From assembly GCF_009914755.1 (NCBI RefSeq), contig NC_060944.1: a stretch of 64,000 bases of DNA; one strand, given 5' to 3'. Under the pieces are notes generated by a model. That model saw only the letters and a program-made list of their open reading frames with translations, did no database searches and was not told the DNA's origin. A program made the position numbers and the translations under genes. Shown piece after piece: positions 1 to 24,250 of the stretch. Each line of letters opens with the position of its first letter. Position 1 is the stretch's first letter. The stretch is from the human T2T-CHM13v2.0 reference genome, Homo sapiens.

Positions 1-16
1 CTTGGAGGATAAAGAG
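1..16 (+). CDS. EFCAB8: Probable 3' end of an upstream EFCAB8 coding exon (..LEDKE), cut by the window edge
   Basis: c-TTG GAG GAT AAA GAG|gtagga gives a phase-0 donor matching the phase-0 acceptor at 12322; only 16 nt are visible. Confidence 0.55.
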
Positions 17-156
17 GTAGGAGGATTACTGGAGAGTTGCTCAGGAAAGTGCCTTTGAGCCCCACAAATGAGCTAGGACCATAAACTAACTCATACCCAA
101 GAGAAATACACTTACTAAAAGATAAGAGCAAAAATATTGATAGAATTAGTATTCGT

Positions 157-475
<319 letters not shown>

Positions 476-766
476 TTAGAAACAACTCAAATGCCCATCA
501 CCGTAGACTGGAAAATAAATTACAAATAAATTACAGTGTAATATCTGGCACCAGAAGTGAATTTACTCACTACAAAATGGAGAACTCTTCAAACAATTTA
601 GGCAAAAGAAGTCAGACCCAGAAGAACATATATTAGAAATGATTGTTTTTGTTGGGGGAGTGGAGAGGCTGGAAGGAATCATGAAGGGGACTTCTGGAGA
701 GGTTGGCAGTGCTCTGCTTCATTAACGGGCCTGATCATGCAGTTGTATTCAGTTTCTAAAAATTTA

Positions 767-1066
<300 letters not shown>

Positions 1067-1689
1067 ATTATTCAGTACTACACTTATATACGATTTTCTA
1101 TGTGTATATCATACATCAATGAAAGTTTTAAAAAGTCAGGTAACGTAAAAAGGCTTACAGCGAAGAGTCTAAGTCCCATTCCTGTTCCCCCAAACAGTTC
1201 ATGCTCCCTGAAGTAACCACGTGTGTTGATTTTTGGTTATTCCTCTGGTGTTTACTTATGCAAACACGATGTGTAAAGTTATTTTCTACTGAAGGTATCA
1301 TTTCACTTATACTGGTACTCATCTTGCTTTTCTTGCTGTATGATATATCTTGGAGACCTTTGCATAGCAGCACTATCCCATTTTAAGGTAAATTTGTCTT
1401 TAAAAAAATCTTACACAAAAGTGAATAGTGAATGTTATTTCACATATGTGAAGGCATTTCTGTAGGAGATGTTCTTGGAAGTGGGATTGCTAGGTAAAAG
1501 GGTTACATGCATTTGCAATTTTGATAGCCTTCTTGCAGTCTTATGTGCCTTTTGAATCTCTACATGAGTATGTTATGGCTAGTTCGTTTTAGTATGAAGA
1601 GAATGTCATTATATTAAAATGTCTTGGGAACTGATTACCCACAGTGTCAGTATGTGAAGAATTTATAATGTTGATACAATCATCATCAT

Positions 1690-1915
1690 AATAATATTTA
1701 TTTACTGCTTGCAATGTTCCAGGGATGGTGATAGTATATTATATATGCATTCATTAATCTCCATAATGACTTGTGAGGGAGATGATGTTTTTCAGATGAG
1801 GAAGTAATGAAACTGAAGAGCTGAGAGACTCGTCTAAGCTCCAGTAGCAACCAGTGTAGACCTGAGACTAAACCTAAGTCTGTCTGACTCCAGAATCTGT
1901 GTTCCTGACCATCTG
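1690..1915 (-). mobile_element. MIR, diverged
   Basis: cagatgaggaa core and gtctgactccaga end motif. Confidence 0.6.
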
Positions 1916-2376
1916 CTCTTAGTTTTATAATGATATATTTTAAACAATTGGGATTATATTGTATGTAACTGGAATTTCCTATACCATCAAGTATTCTTTT
2001 TTCTTTAAAAATTTTATTGTTTCAAATAGATAAATCATAATTGTAGACATTTCTGAGGCACAGTGTGCTGTTTTGATCTATGTACACATGTGGAATGATT
2101 AAATCAAGCCAATTAACATATCTACCACCTCACTTACAATTTTTATGGTGAGACATTTAAAATTTACTCTTAGTTATGTTGAAGTATGCAATATATTACT
2201 GACTATAGTCACTCTGCTGTGCAGAAGATCTCAAAACTTTTTCCTCCTGTCTGACCAAAACTTGGTACCCCTTTGACCAATAACTTCCCATTCTCTCTCC
2301 CTTATTCCCCACCCCACCCTCTAAGCCTCTGGTAACCATCATTCTCCTTTCTACTTCTTTTTAAAAACCTCTTTTT

Positions 2377-2823
2377 GGCCGGGCTCAGTGGCTCAAGCCT
2401 GTAATCCCAGTACTTTGGGAGGCCGAGGCGGGCAGATCACCTGAGGTCAGGAGTTCAAGACCAGCCTGGCCCACATGGTGAAACCTTGTCCCTACTAAAA
2501 ATACAAAATTAGCCAGGCATGGTGATGCGTGCCTGTAATCCCAGCTACTCTGGAGGCTGAGGCAAGAAATCACTTGAACCTGGGAGGCAGAGGTTGCAGT
2601 GAGCCGAGGTTGCGCCACTGCACTTCAGCCTGGGCAACAAAGTGAGACTCCGTCTCAAAAAATCAATCAATCAAATCAAAGCAAATCAAAAACTTTTTTT
2701 TTTTTTTTGTAGAGATGAGGTCTATGTTGCCCAGGCTGGTCTTGAACTCCTGGGCTCAAGGAATCCTCCTGCCTTGACCTCCCAAAGTGCTGGGATTACA
2801 GGTGTGAGCCACCGTGCCCAGCC
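2377..2823. mobile_element. AluS (+, 2377-~2690) inserted in the tail of an Alu monomer/FLAM (-, ~2695-2823)
   Basis: Outer TSD tttctacttct at ~2348 and ~2826. Confidence 0.85.
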
Positions 2824-3234
2824 CTTTCTACTTCTATGAGTTTGACTTTTTATAATTCCATATATAAATACAATCATGCAGTATTTTTCTTTCATGACTG
2901 GCTTATTTCACTTACCATAATGTCTTCCAGATTAATCTATGTTGTCCCAAATGACAGGATTTTTTTTCTCTTTTAAGGCTGAATAGTATTCCATTATGTA
3001 TATACACCACATTTGCATTATCCATTCATCCACTGATGGCCCCTTAGGTTGATTCTATATCTTGGCTATTGTGAAAAGTGCTGCAATGAACATGGGAGTG
3101 CAGGTATTTCTTTGACATATTGATATGACATATTGATCTCTTTTGGATATATACCCAGAAGTGGAATTGCTAGATCATATAGTAGTTCTAATTTTAGTTT
3201 TTTGAGGAAACCCCATACTATTTCTCGTAGTGGT

Positions 3235-3593
3235 TGATATGGTTTGGTTGTGTCCCCACACAAATCTCATCTTGAATTGTAGCTCTCATAATCCCCAGCT
3301 GTCGTGGGAGGGACCTGGTGGGAGGTAATTGAATCGTGGGGGTGGGTTTTTCCCACCATTCTAATGATAGTGAATAAGTCTCAAGAGATATGATGGCTTT
3401 ATAAAGGGCAGTTCCCCTGCTCATGCTCTCTTGCCTGCTCCCATGTAAGACGTGCCTTTGCTCCTCTTTCACCTCTGCCATGATTGTGAGGCCTCCCCAG
3501 CCATGTGGAACTGTGAGTCCATTAAACCTTTACTTTATAAATTACCCAGTCTCGGATATGTCTTTATTAGCAGCATGAGAACAGACCAATACA
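3235..3593 (+). mobile_element. THE1 (MaLR) solo LTR
   Basis: TGATATGGTTTGG...AATACA termini; 5-bp TSD gtggt on both sides. Confidence 0.92.
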
Positions 3594-3849
3594 GTGGTTG
3601 TACTGATTTACATTCCCTCCAACATTGTACAAGGGTTTTCTTTTTTCTGCCTCCTCACCAACACTTGTTTCTTGTCTTTTTGATAACATCTAATCTAACA
3701 GATGTAAGATGATATCTCATTGTGGTTTAATTTGTTTTTCCTAATGATTAGTGGTGCTCAGCATTTTTTTTCTTGAACCTGTTGGCCATTTGAATGTCTT
3801 CTTTTGAGAAATGTCTCTTTGGATGCTTTCTCCATTTTCTCTTCTCTTC

Positions 3850-5013
<1,164 letters not shown>

Positions 5014-5816
5014 TATTTTTGCTTTTATTACCTGTGCTTTTGGGGTCATAGCTAAATAACCATTGCTCAGATCAATGTCATGGAGCCTTTCCTCTAGGTA
5101 TTCTTCTAGTTGTTTTACAGTCTCAGATCTTATATTTAAGACTTTAATCCATTTTGAGTTGATTTTTTATACTGTGTGAGATAAGGATCCAATTTTATTC
5201 TTCTGTATGTGGATCCAATTTTCCTAGTACAGTTTATTGAAAAGACTGTCTTTTCCCCATTATGTATTAGTAACACCTTTGTCAAAAATCAATTGACTAT
5301 TAGTGCATGGGTTTATTTCTGGGTTTTCTATCTTGTTACATTAGTCGATGTGTCTATTTTTATGCCAGCACCATACTGTTTTGATTATATTAGCTTTATA
5401 ATATATTTTGAAATCAGGGACTGTGATGTCTTTAGCTTTGTTCTTTTTGCTCAAGATTGTTTTGGCTAGCCAGGGTCTTTTATGATTGCATATGAATTTA
5501 AGGATTGTTTTATTTCTATAAGAAATGACATTGGAATTTTGATAGGGACTGCATTGAATCTGTAGATTGCTTTGGGTAGTATGAATATTTTAATAATATT
5601 AATTCTTCTAATTTATCAACACAAGATAGCTTTCCATTTATTTGTGTTTTCTTAAACAATGTTTTAGTTTCCAGTGTACAGATCTTTTAACTTCTTGGTT
5701 AAATTTACCCCTAAGTATTTTATTTTATTTTAAAATACCTGGCTAATTTTGTATTTAATTTTATATTGTATTTATTTTATTTGTAATAAAATTAAGCATT
5801 TTATTTTATTTTAAAA

Positions 5817-5966
5817 TACCTGGCTAATTTTGTATTTTTAGTAGAGACAGGGTTTCTCCATGTTGGTCAGGCTGGTCTCGAACTCCAGACCTCAGGTGAT
5901 CCGACTGCCTCGGCCTCCCAAAGTGCTGGTATTAGAAGCATGAGCCACTGCCCACTGCACCTAGCT
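5817..5966 (-). mobile_element. Alu left-arm fragment
   Basis: Begins at the mid-Alu linker; right arm absent. Confidence 0.8.
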
Positions 5967-6053
5967 GAAAACCACACTTTCTGTTGATTAAATAATATTT
6001 CACCTTATGGAGTTACAAATTTTCATTTTATGGGGTTATAATCACTTACTTAG

Positions 6054-6596
<543 letters not shown>

Positions 6597-7535
6597 AAAG
6601 AATTAATGTCAATTGCTCACAAACTCTTCCAAAAGAGTTCTCTATGAGGCCAGTATTACCTTGATACCAAAACCAGATAAAGATATCACAGGAAAATAAA
6701 ACTGTAGACCAAATATTTTTATGAATATAGATACAAAAATCTTCAAAATACTAGCAAATTGAAACCAACAACATATGAAAATGATTATACACCATGACCA
6801 AGTAAGATTTATCCCAGGAATGCAAAGTTGGCTAAATATCCAAAATCAATTAATGTAATACACCATATTAACTGAATAAAAAACAAAAGCCATATGATTA
6901 TGCCAATAGATGCAAAAAGAGCATTTAACAAAATTGAACACCGTTTTCTGATTGAAACACCCAATAAACTAGAAATAGAAACTCCTTCAACCTGATAAAA
7001 GCCATTTATGAAAACTCACAGGTAGCATAAAACTTCATGTTGAAATATTAAATACTTTCCTGTAAAATCAGAAATAAAACAAGAATGGTTACTCTTGCCA
7101 CCCCAATTTAACATTTTATTGGGAGGTCAGTTAGGCAAGAAAATGAAATAAAAAGTATCTATATTGGGGAGGAAGAAGTTAACTATCTCTATCTGCAGAT
7201 GACATAATCTTATATCTAGAAAATCCTAAATAATTTATTAAAAACTATTAAAACTAATAAATTCAATAGGGTTGCTTGATATAAATATACAAAACCAATA
7301 TATTTATATACACTAGCAATAAACAATCTGAAAATGAAAATTTAAAAATTTCACTTATAATCGCATCAAAAAAATACTTAGGAATAAATTTGGAAAAGTA
7401 GTGCAAAACTTGATTCCTGAAAATTGCATAACATTATGGGAAGAGATGAAAGAATACCCAAATAAATGGAAATACATCTCATGTTCATTGATTGGAAGAC
7501 TGGATGTTGTTAATATAGCATATTCCCCAAATTGA

Positions 7536-8875
<1,340 letters not shown>

Positions 8876-9657
8876 TAATCAAGACAATGTGATACTGGCA
8901 TAAAGAAAGACATGTAAATCAATGGAATAGAATTTAGAGTTAAAAAATAAATTCTCACATTATGATCAATTGATTTTTGACAAGAATGCTGAGACAATCA
9001 AATGGGGAGAAATAATATATTTTTTAAAACATGTCCTGCTGGGACAATAGGGATAACTTTATCTGTATTAGAAGAATGAAGTTAGACTCCTACCTCATAA
9101 CACATACAAAAATTAACTCCAAATGGATCATAGACCTAAATGTAAGAGCCAAAATTATAAGACTTTTAGAAGAAAATAAATGGAAAATACTTGTGACCTT
9201 AGACAGTGTGTCTTAGATATGACACCAAAAACAAGCTACAAAAGAAAAAAACAGATAAATTGGACTTTGTCAAAATTAAAAACTTTTGGGCTGCAAAGGA
9301 TACCGTCAAGAAAGTGAAAGGGTAACCTGAAAGAAAATACTTGCAAATCATATATCTGATAAGGGACTAGTATCCAGAATATATAAAGCACTCTTGCAAC
9401 TTGATAAAAATGATAAATAACCAAATTAAGATACGGGTAAAGGATCTAAATAAACATTTCTTCAAAGAAGATGTACAAATGGCTAATAAGTATATTAAAT
9501 GATGGTGAACATCATTAGCTATCAGGGAAATGCATATTAAAACTATAATGAGATCCCACTTTACACTTGCCAGGATAACTATAGATAATAGCAATGGTTG
9601 GCTGGGATGTGGACAAACTGGGACTCTTACACATTGCTGGATAGAATGTAGAAAGCT

Positions 9658-10009
<352 letters not shown>

Positions 10010-10984
10010 TCAAAAATTAAGTGTAGACTTACCATATTACCCAACAGTTCCACTCCCAAGTGTATACCCAAGAGAAATGAAAACATATGTTCACATAAAA
10101 TCTTGTACATGAATGTTTATAGTAGCATTATTTATAATACAAAAGTGGAAACAACCCAAATGTCAACTTCCAAATGGATAAAGTGTGGTATGGTGATACA
10201 ATGGAATGTTATTTAATAATAAAAAGGAATAAAGTACTGATGCATGCAACAACATGGATGAACCTTGAAAATACTGTGCTAAGTGAAAGAAGCCAACCAC
10301 AAAATACCATATATTGTGTGATTCTGCTTAAATGACATGTCCAGAATGTCCATATTAAAGTAGATTAGTGGTTTCCTGAGGCTGGGGGAGGGAGTTGGGG
10401 AAATTGCGTAGTGACTACTGGGTAAAGAGTTTCTTTCTGGGGTGATGAAATGGTCTAAAATAGAATGTGGTGGTGGTTGCACAGCTCTGAAAATACTAAA
10501 AACCATTGAATGAGCACTTTAAATTGGTAAATTTTTATGTGAATTATGATTCAATAAAGTTGTGTTTAGATATTACTAAAAATGATGGTACAAATATTCT
10601 TTTTCACAAATGTTTTTTGTTGTTGTTTATAGTTGTTTATTTGTACATCTAGTAATTTGTCCCAAGGAAAGAGTATGTAAAAGAACATAAGTCACTTTAA
10701 GGCCTTTAATGTATACTACAAAATTGCACTCTAGAAGGTTTATACAGTTTTGCATTTCATTAGCCTGTTTTTTTTATCTTTGACAACCTAAAGAATTTAT
10801 TAGTGGTATTCATCTGAGGATCCTCTAGGTCTATCAGAGTGTCTTTCTTATAGAAGGCATTCAATAAATAAATGTCCTAAGTGAGCAAAACATTTTTGGT
10901 TGATTTTTAGGTGCAAATGGTTTCTTTTGATTTTAATTAAGATGCCTTTGTTTATTAGTGATGTTGACATATTTTCTTAATCTA

Positions 10985-11287
<303 letters not shown>

Positions 11288-11859
11288 TCATTTGCTTGTT
11301 AATTTTATTTATGATGACTTAAAAATTACAATATATTTTTTGGTGTTCAAGTCAGTTTTTGTCCCCATTGTGATATTTTCCTTTGCCTGTTTATCACTTT
11401 CTTAGAGAAAAGATAAATACTGATTCGTTCTTTTGTAGGTGTTTTATGATTTCATTGAAAATAAAATCTTCAACGCATCTAGTATTCATTTGGGTGTAAG
11501 ATAAAAGATAACAACGTAGGTTTCTCTTATAGTTCATCAGGTATCCTACTACTGTTTATTGAGTCATGTTTTCTGTTACCACTCTTACTATATACCAGTT
11601 TTACATACATTTGGGTTGGTTTCTGAGCTTTCTATTGTCTTCCATTGCTTTGTTTAAAATTTAAAGTTTATTATTCTGACTTTCCATACTTGAATATGGT
11701 CGAATAAGTCCTCCTTTATTAATCTTGTTTTATTTAAAAATGGTCATTTTCACTCATTTTCCAGTTCAGTAGTTTTATTCTCTCAGTGTAATGTGATTTA
11801 TCACCCCATTGCTCACCCTATTCATCTCCCAATACCCAGCTGAAAAACTTTAGAAGACT

Positions 11860-12030
11860 GAGGCTCTTGCCCTGGCCCCATCACTTTCTAGCTATGTGGG
11901 CTTAGGCTAGTTATTGAACATGTCTGACTCTCACTTTTCTCCTCTGTAAGTCAGTGAGAATTATATACTTCTTATAAGGTTGTGAGGTTCAAATGGAATA
12001 ATGTGTACAGAGGCACTTGGTAAACAATGT
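11860..12030 (+). mobile_element. MIR
   Basis: tctcacttttctcctctgtaag...ggttgtgaggttcaaatg core. Confidence 0.6.
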
Positions 12031-12321
12031 AGTCATATGCAAGTCATATGCAAGTCATATGTAGTCAGCTTGGTGAATTTTGAGAAAGTAAATGCAAGTT
12101 CTTTTTATGGTTTTACCTAAGGGGCCAGTGAGGGCCAGAGAAGTGCCGGGACCTATGTAAGGTCGCAAGCAAGTTCATGTGGAATGCATCTAGAACTAGA
12201 ACGCTAGCCTGTGTCCCAGGGCCCTTCCAACTGGGCTCTGCTGCCTGCAGTCCTGGGTGCCTTCTAATTAGCCTGTGTAGTGGTCTTGGTAAAAGTGTTT
12301 CTCCTGTACTGTCCCCTATAG

Positions 12322-12490
12322 GTTGTGGCTGGCCATACCATTTCCCTGGTTCCCCCCACGCTCCTGATGACCTGGAAAGGCCATTTGAATAGTGTGGCAG
12401 ACATCCTGTATGTGGACAACTTCCAGCTGGTTATCAGCGCTGGCCAGGACCGGGACGTCAAGGCTTGGAAACTCTCCGGTGATGCCATTG
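12322..12490 (+). CDS. EFCAB8: EFCAB8 internal coding exon (169 nt) encoding a WD40 repeat
   Basis: ccctatag|GTT acceptor, ATT G|gtatgg donor; VVAGHTISLVPPTLLMTWKGHLNSVADILYVDNFQLVISAGQDRDVKAWKLSGDAIG has the GH...S.g.D..vk.W WD40 signature. Confidence 0.9.
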
Positions 12491-12878
12491 GTATGGGTCC
12501 TGCTGAAGCTCAGCCATGCCCATGGCCCTTCTTGTCTCTGTCCCTGTCTGAACATAAGCTGGTATGAACTTTGTACTCTGTGGGGAGGGACTCTCAGGCC
12601 ACAGCAACTGCCTTCACTTAAATAATATTACAGTCTGTCCAATTATCCATTCAGCAAACGGTCCATCCATTCACCCATCCACCCAATATTATTCACCTAT
12701 GTATATTTTTGCAAATCATATATCTGATAAAGCATATTCCTTTCTCTTTTAAAAAATAAACTTAATTGTTGCATTGTATATAAAGAAAAACATACAAACC
12801 AGAAGGGTTCAGCTTGGTGAATTTTGAGAAAGTAAATACATACCCATATAGCCACCGTTCATGTCAAGAAATAATTAG

Positions 12879-15245
<2,367 letters not shown>

Positions 15246-15309
15246 TTTGTATCTTTCAAAGACGTCTTTGACTATCCCCTAAATATAATATCTAGTGTTA
15301 TCTTTTAGA

Positions 15310-15900
15310 AGCTTGTTTTAAAAATCAGATTTCTGAAGTATAATTTACATCCAATAAAAGCACCTTTTAAAAGTATATAGTTCTGTGAGGTTTCATGAAT
15401 GCATACAATTGTGTAATTGGTATCACAATCAAGACATAGACATTACCCCAAAAAGTGACCTCATGTCTCCTCATAGTAAACTCTATTTCCTTCTCCTAAC
15501 CCCTGGCAGCCATTGATCTGTTTGTCTCTATAGTTTTGCCTTTTCCAGATTATCATAAATGGAAACATACACATGTAGCTGAGTGAAAGTCTAACTTTCA
15601 CTTAGCATAATCAATTTGAGATTCATCTTTGTTGTTGAACGTATCAGTAGTTTGTTCTTTTTATTGCTGAGTATTATTCCACTGTATGGCTCTGTCATAG
15701 TTTGTTAATCCATTCACCAATTATAGGACATTTGAGTCATTGTCAGTTTTGGATGATTATGAATGAAGCCGCTTTAAACATTGTTTTCATTTCTGTTGGG
15801 TAAGTATTTAGAAGCAGAATGGCTGGGTTGTATGGTAAGTGTATTGAAACTTTATGAAAAATGACCAAACTGTTTTGCATTTCTACCTTTGTGTCTTCAT
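15310..15900 (-). mobile_element. L1M 3'-end fragment
   Basis: cttagcataat...gagattcatc and ttattgctgagtattattcc motifs. Confidence 0.75.
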
Positions 15901-17208
15901 CAACATTTGGTGTTTGATCTGTTATTATTTTAAATTTTAATAATCTATGATTGTAGCATGAGATTTCAATATTCTCTCAATTTATAAAACAACTATACAG
16001 AAAATCATTAATGATATAGAATACTTGAATAACACTATCAAACAATTTTACTTAATTAACATTTATAGATCATTCATAAACAAACATTATTTTTAAGTGC
16101 ACACAGAACATTAATTAAACCGACCATATTCTGGTAACAAAACACATCTCACTAATCTCAAAAGGATTTATGCCATACAAAGTATGTTCTCTGATCCCAA
16201 TGAAACTGAATTATAAATCAAAAACAGAAATATCTTTGAAATATCCCTAAATATTTGGAAGCTAAATGACACATTTCTAAATAACCCATGGGCCAAAAAA
16301 AGAAATCCAGAGGGAAATTAGAAAATATTTTGAACTGAATGAAAATGAAAATGTAACATTTCAAAATTTATGAGATGCCACAAAAAACAGTAGTAACGGG
16401 GAAATTTGTAGCACTAAATGCCTATATTAGAAGGAAAAAAGTTCAAATCTCCAGCCTCAACTTCCACATTAAGAAACTAGAAAGAGGTCTGGTGCGGTGG
16501 CTCACGCCTTTGGGAGGCAGGTGGGAGGATCATTTGAACCCAGGGGTTCAAGACCAGCCTAGGCAACATAACAAGACCCCATCTCAATTAAAAAAAAAAA
16601 AAAAGAAAAAAGAAACTAGAAAGAAAGAGCAAATTGAGCCCAAAGTAAATAGAAGAGAAATAATAAAGATTAGAATGGAAATCGATGAAACAGGGAAGTA
16701 AAAAATAATAAGGAAAATCAATGAACCCAAAAGCTGGTTCTTTGAAAAGATAGTTAAATCGATAAACCTCCAGCTAGACTGGGCAGGAAAAAGAGAGAGA
16801 ATACACCAATTACCAATATCAGGAATGAGTGAGATGACATCATTTCTGATTCTACAGATATTAAAAGGATAACAATGAAATACTATAAACAACTTTATAC
16901 AATAAATTTGGCAACTTATATGAAATAAACTCCTTGAAAGAAACAAACTACTAAATCTTACACAAGAAGAAACAGATAACCCGAATATCCTTATATCAAA
17001 GAAATTAAATTTGTAGTTTAAAACTCTCCTTACAAAGATACCTCCAGGCCTAAATGGCTTCCATGGTGAATTTTACCCAAATATTTGAAGGGGAAATAAT
17101 ATAAATTCTACAGAAACTCTTCCAGAAAGTTGAAAAGGGTACAATACTTCCCAACTCATGAGGCAACTTGGTACCAAAATCTGACAAAGACGTTATAAGA
17201 AGAAAGTG

Positions 17209-17211
17209 AAA

Positions 17212-17263
<52 letters not shown>

Positions 17264-17280
17264 AAAGAAAGGAAAAGAAA
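17209..17280 (+). repeat. (GAAA)n microsatellite
   Basis: About 12 perfect GAAA units plus a degenerate tail. Confidence 0.95.
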
Positions 17281-18398
17281 GCAAACTATCAATTAATATC
17301 CCTCATAAGCATAAATACAAAATATCTTAACAAAATTTTGCAAATAAAATCCAGCAATGATCACATAGGGTTTACCCCAGATATACAAGGTTGGTTTAAT
17401 ATTTGAAAATCAGTGTAATTTATTATATTAATAAAGTGAAAAACTATGTGATTATCTTGATACAATAAAATCATTTGACAAAATTCAACATCCATTTCTG
17501 ATAAAAAACATTTAGCAAAATAGAAAAAACTTTCTCAACCTGAGGAAGTGCATCTGTGAAAAAACCTAAAACTAGCTTCACACCTAATGGTGAAAGGCTG
17601 AGTACTTTCCCCTGACCAGGAATAAGACATGTCACTTCGATTCAAAATTATACTAGAAGAGTAGAGGGCAATTACAGAAGGAAAAAAAAAGGCATTCAGA
17701 TTGGAAAGGAAGAAATAAAACTGTTTTTATTTGTAGTTGACTAATTGTCTATGTAGAAAATCCAGTGGATTTTACTAAAAAGAGTTAGTAAGGAGTTTAA
17801 CAAGGTTGCAGGATACAAGATCAATACAAAAAATCAATTGTATTTCTATATACTAGCAATGAACAGCCAGAAATTGAAGTAAAAGATACATTTACGAAAA
17901 CATAAAACATAAATACCAAGATATGTAAGTACACAGAAAAATACTACAAAACATTGCTGAGACAAAGTATAGAAGATTTACTGTTAATGGGTAGAAGACT
18001 CTCTGATTAAGAATAAAATTATCTCCAAATTGATTTATAGGTTAACTGAAATACCAATCAATATCCCAGAAGAATTTTTGTAGAAATTGACACACTGATT
18101 CTAAAATTTATTTAGGCCAGTCAAAATAGCTTTGGCAAAGGAAACTAAGATGAAGGGCTAACATTGCCTGATTTCAAGACTTATTGTGAAGCCATGGTAA
18201 TCAAGACAGTGTGGTAATGGCATAGAGACAGACAGACAGATCAATGGAATGGCACAGAAAGTCCAGAGATATATCCATACATATATGGACATCTGTTTCT
18301 GACAAAAGTGCAAAGGCAATTCAGTGGAGAAAAGACAGTCTTAAAGCAATGAACTTGGATCCACACCTCACACCACATACAAAAAGCAATTCAAAATG

Positions 18399-18855
<457 letters not shown>

Positions 18856-19086
18856 TCAAGTTAATAACAGTTTATCAAACTTAAAAACTTCTGCTCTTCA
18901 AAAGACACTGTTAAGAGAACAAAGATAAACCACAGACTGGGAGAAGATATTTGCAAATCCTATATCTGATAAAGCTCCTATTTAGAATATATAAACTCTC
19001 AGAACTCAACAAGGAAACAAGTAATACAATAAAAACATTAGAAAGAGGTTTGAATAGACACTTCACCAAATTTGAAGAGACTTCAC

Positions 19087-19635
19087 TGTAAGAATTAAAG
19101 AGGAAACACGAAGGACAGCTCAACAGTCAACAGGGACAGGTTTATTTTAAATAAACCTGAGAGGGGCGGCTGGCTGAGTTAGGTTAGAGCCACACTCTCT
19201 TACAGACTAAGAGTTTTTAAGGATTCAGGGTGGGAGAATTTATCAGAGGCTTGGACTGCTTCTGTGTCTCTTTGTTGTGCTTATCTGGGAGGGAGAGTTG
19301 TGTGTCTGTTCCCATACATCTTTCTGCAGCTGCAGGCAAATCCCCCGGGTTGCTTTTAGCTTCCCTATCTTAGTGCACCTGAAGGGAAAGGAATGTGCTT
19401 CTTAAGACCCACTGTTTTACTGGAGCCCATTGTATGAGGGTGAAGTTTAGCAGTTACCCAAGAGACCTCCCCCTCCCTCTGTGCCCAAGCTGTCCTATTG
19501 TATTTTACTGTCTGCTCTTTTTGGCTGCTTGTAGTTAGAAGAGACGTGATTTCCTTGAAATGCATGAGGCTAGAAAGGGAGCTGGAACTTAAAGTGGCAG
19601 TGTTTGTCCGAGATGACGGTGCTCCTGCTCTGTCA
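19087..19635 (-). mobile_element. ERV1-class solo LTR (family uncertain)
   Basis: TG...CA termini; 5-bp TSD ttcac; minus strand starts TGACAGAGCAGGAGCACCGTCATCTCGGAC. Confidence 0.85.
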
Positions 19636-20369
19636 TTCACCAAAGGAAATATATAGAAGCATGGAAAACAATGCGCAATATTTATTCATTAGAAGAGAAA
19701 TACTAATTAAAACCGCTGTAAGATACCATTTATCTTATTAGAATGGCTAAAGGAGCTGAAACTCTCCTGCACGGCTAATGGGAATATAAAATGGTTCAAC
19801 CACTTTGGAAAGCATTTTGGCAGTTTCTTAAAAAGTTAAATGTGCCCCTATGATATGAATCAGCTGTTCCACTTCTATGAAAGCATATGCCCGGGTAAAG
19901 ACTACATACATAAATGTTCACAGCAGTATTTTTTTGTGACAGCCTCAAACTAGAAACGATTCAAATGTCCATCAATAGTTGAGTTGATAAACTATGGTTT
20001 ATGGAATATCACTCAGCAATAAAACAGAATGAAGAATTGATACGTTATACAACGTGGTTGGATCTCAAAATAATTATGCTTAGTGAGAGAAGCCAGACGA
20101 AAACCTGTACATATTGTATGATTCTATTTATTTTTTCCCAACCATTTACACCTGCATCTATTTATATAAAATTTTAGGAAATGCAAACAAATGTGTAGTG
20201 TGACAGCAGATAACTGGTTGTTTGAGGATAGGGGGCTGATGAGGGTTGGAAGGGTGGGAGCTCAAAGAAGCAGGAAGAAACTTTTGCAGGTGATGGATAT
20301 GTACACATTAAATAGAAACTGGTTATTGCATGTCAATTATACTTCAATAAAACTGTTAAAAATAGTCAT

Positions 20370-23620
<3,251 letters not shown>

Positions 23621-23937
23621 CTTAATGGAACTTTATTGTATTATGGCCAGGAACCATTGAGTGCCCAAAACCTTCTTGGTCCTGGACATCTATCCTCCCA
23701 TGAGTAGAGTGGCCAATGGGAATTCAAAATACCATTTTACTTTGGTTCTCTTGGTTTTACCTAAAAAAATGCAGCATTTTTCTGGTAAGTGGAGATAGAG
23801 CTGTATGATTTTGCTTAAGGCAGGCCCCTCCCTCCCCCTAAAGCCAAACCCAGATCTTATCCTAGCTGGCCATTAGAGACAAGAACACAAGTGAAAAACA
23901 GAATGGCTCCTCCAAGTGCATTTGTAACAAGTGATCC

Positions 23938-24250
23938 CTGCTGGGCTCAGTGGCTCATGCCTGTAATCACAGCACTTTGACAGACCAAGGTGGGAGGATT
24001 ACTTGAACCCAGGAGTTTGAGGCCAGCATGGGCAACAATGTGAGACCCTGTCTCTACAAAAAATTAAAAACTTAGCTGGGCATGGAAGTGTGCACCTGTA
24101 GTCCCAGTGACTCAGGAGGCTGAGGCAGGAGGATCGCTAGAGCCCAGGTGTTTGAGGTTGCAGTGAGTTAAGACTGCGCTGCTGTACTCCAGCTTGGGGA
24201 ACAGAACAATACCCTGTCTCAAAAAATAAAAATAAAATAAAATAAAACAA
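23938..24250 (+). mobile_element. AluJ
   Basis: Diverged Alu with a (TAAAA)n tail. Confidence 0.88.
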
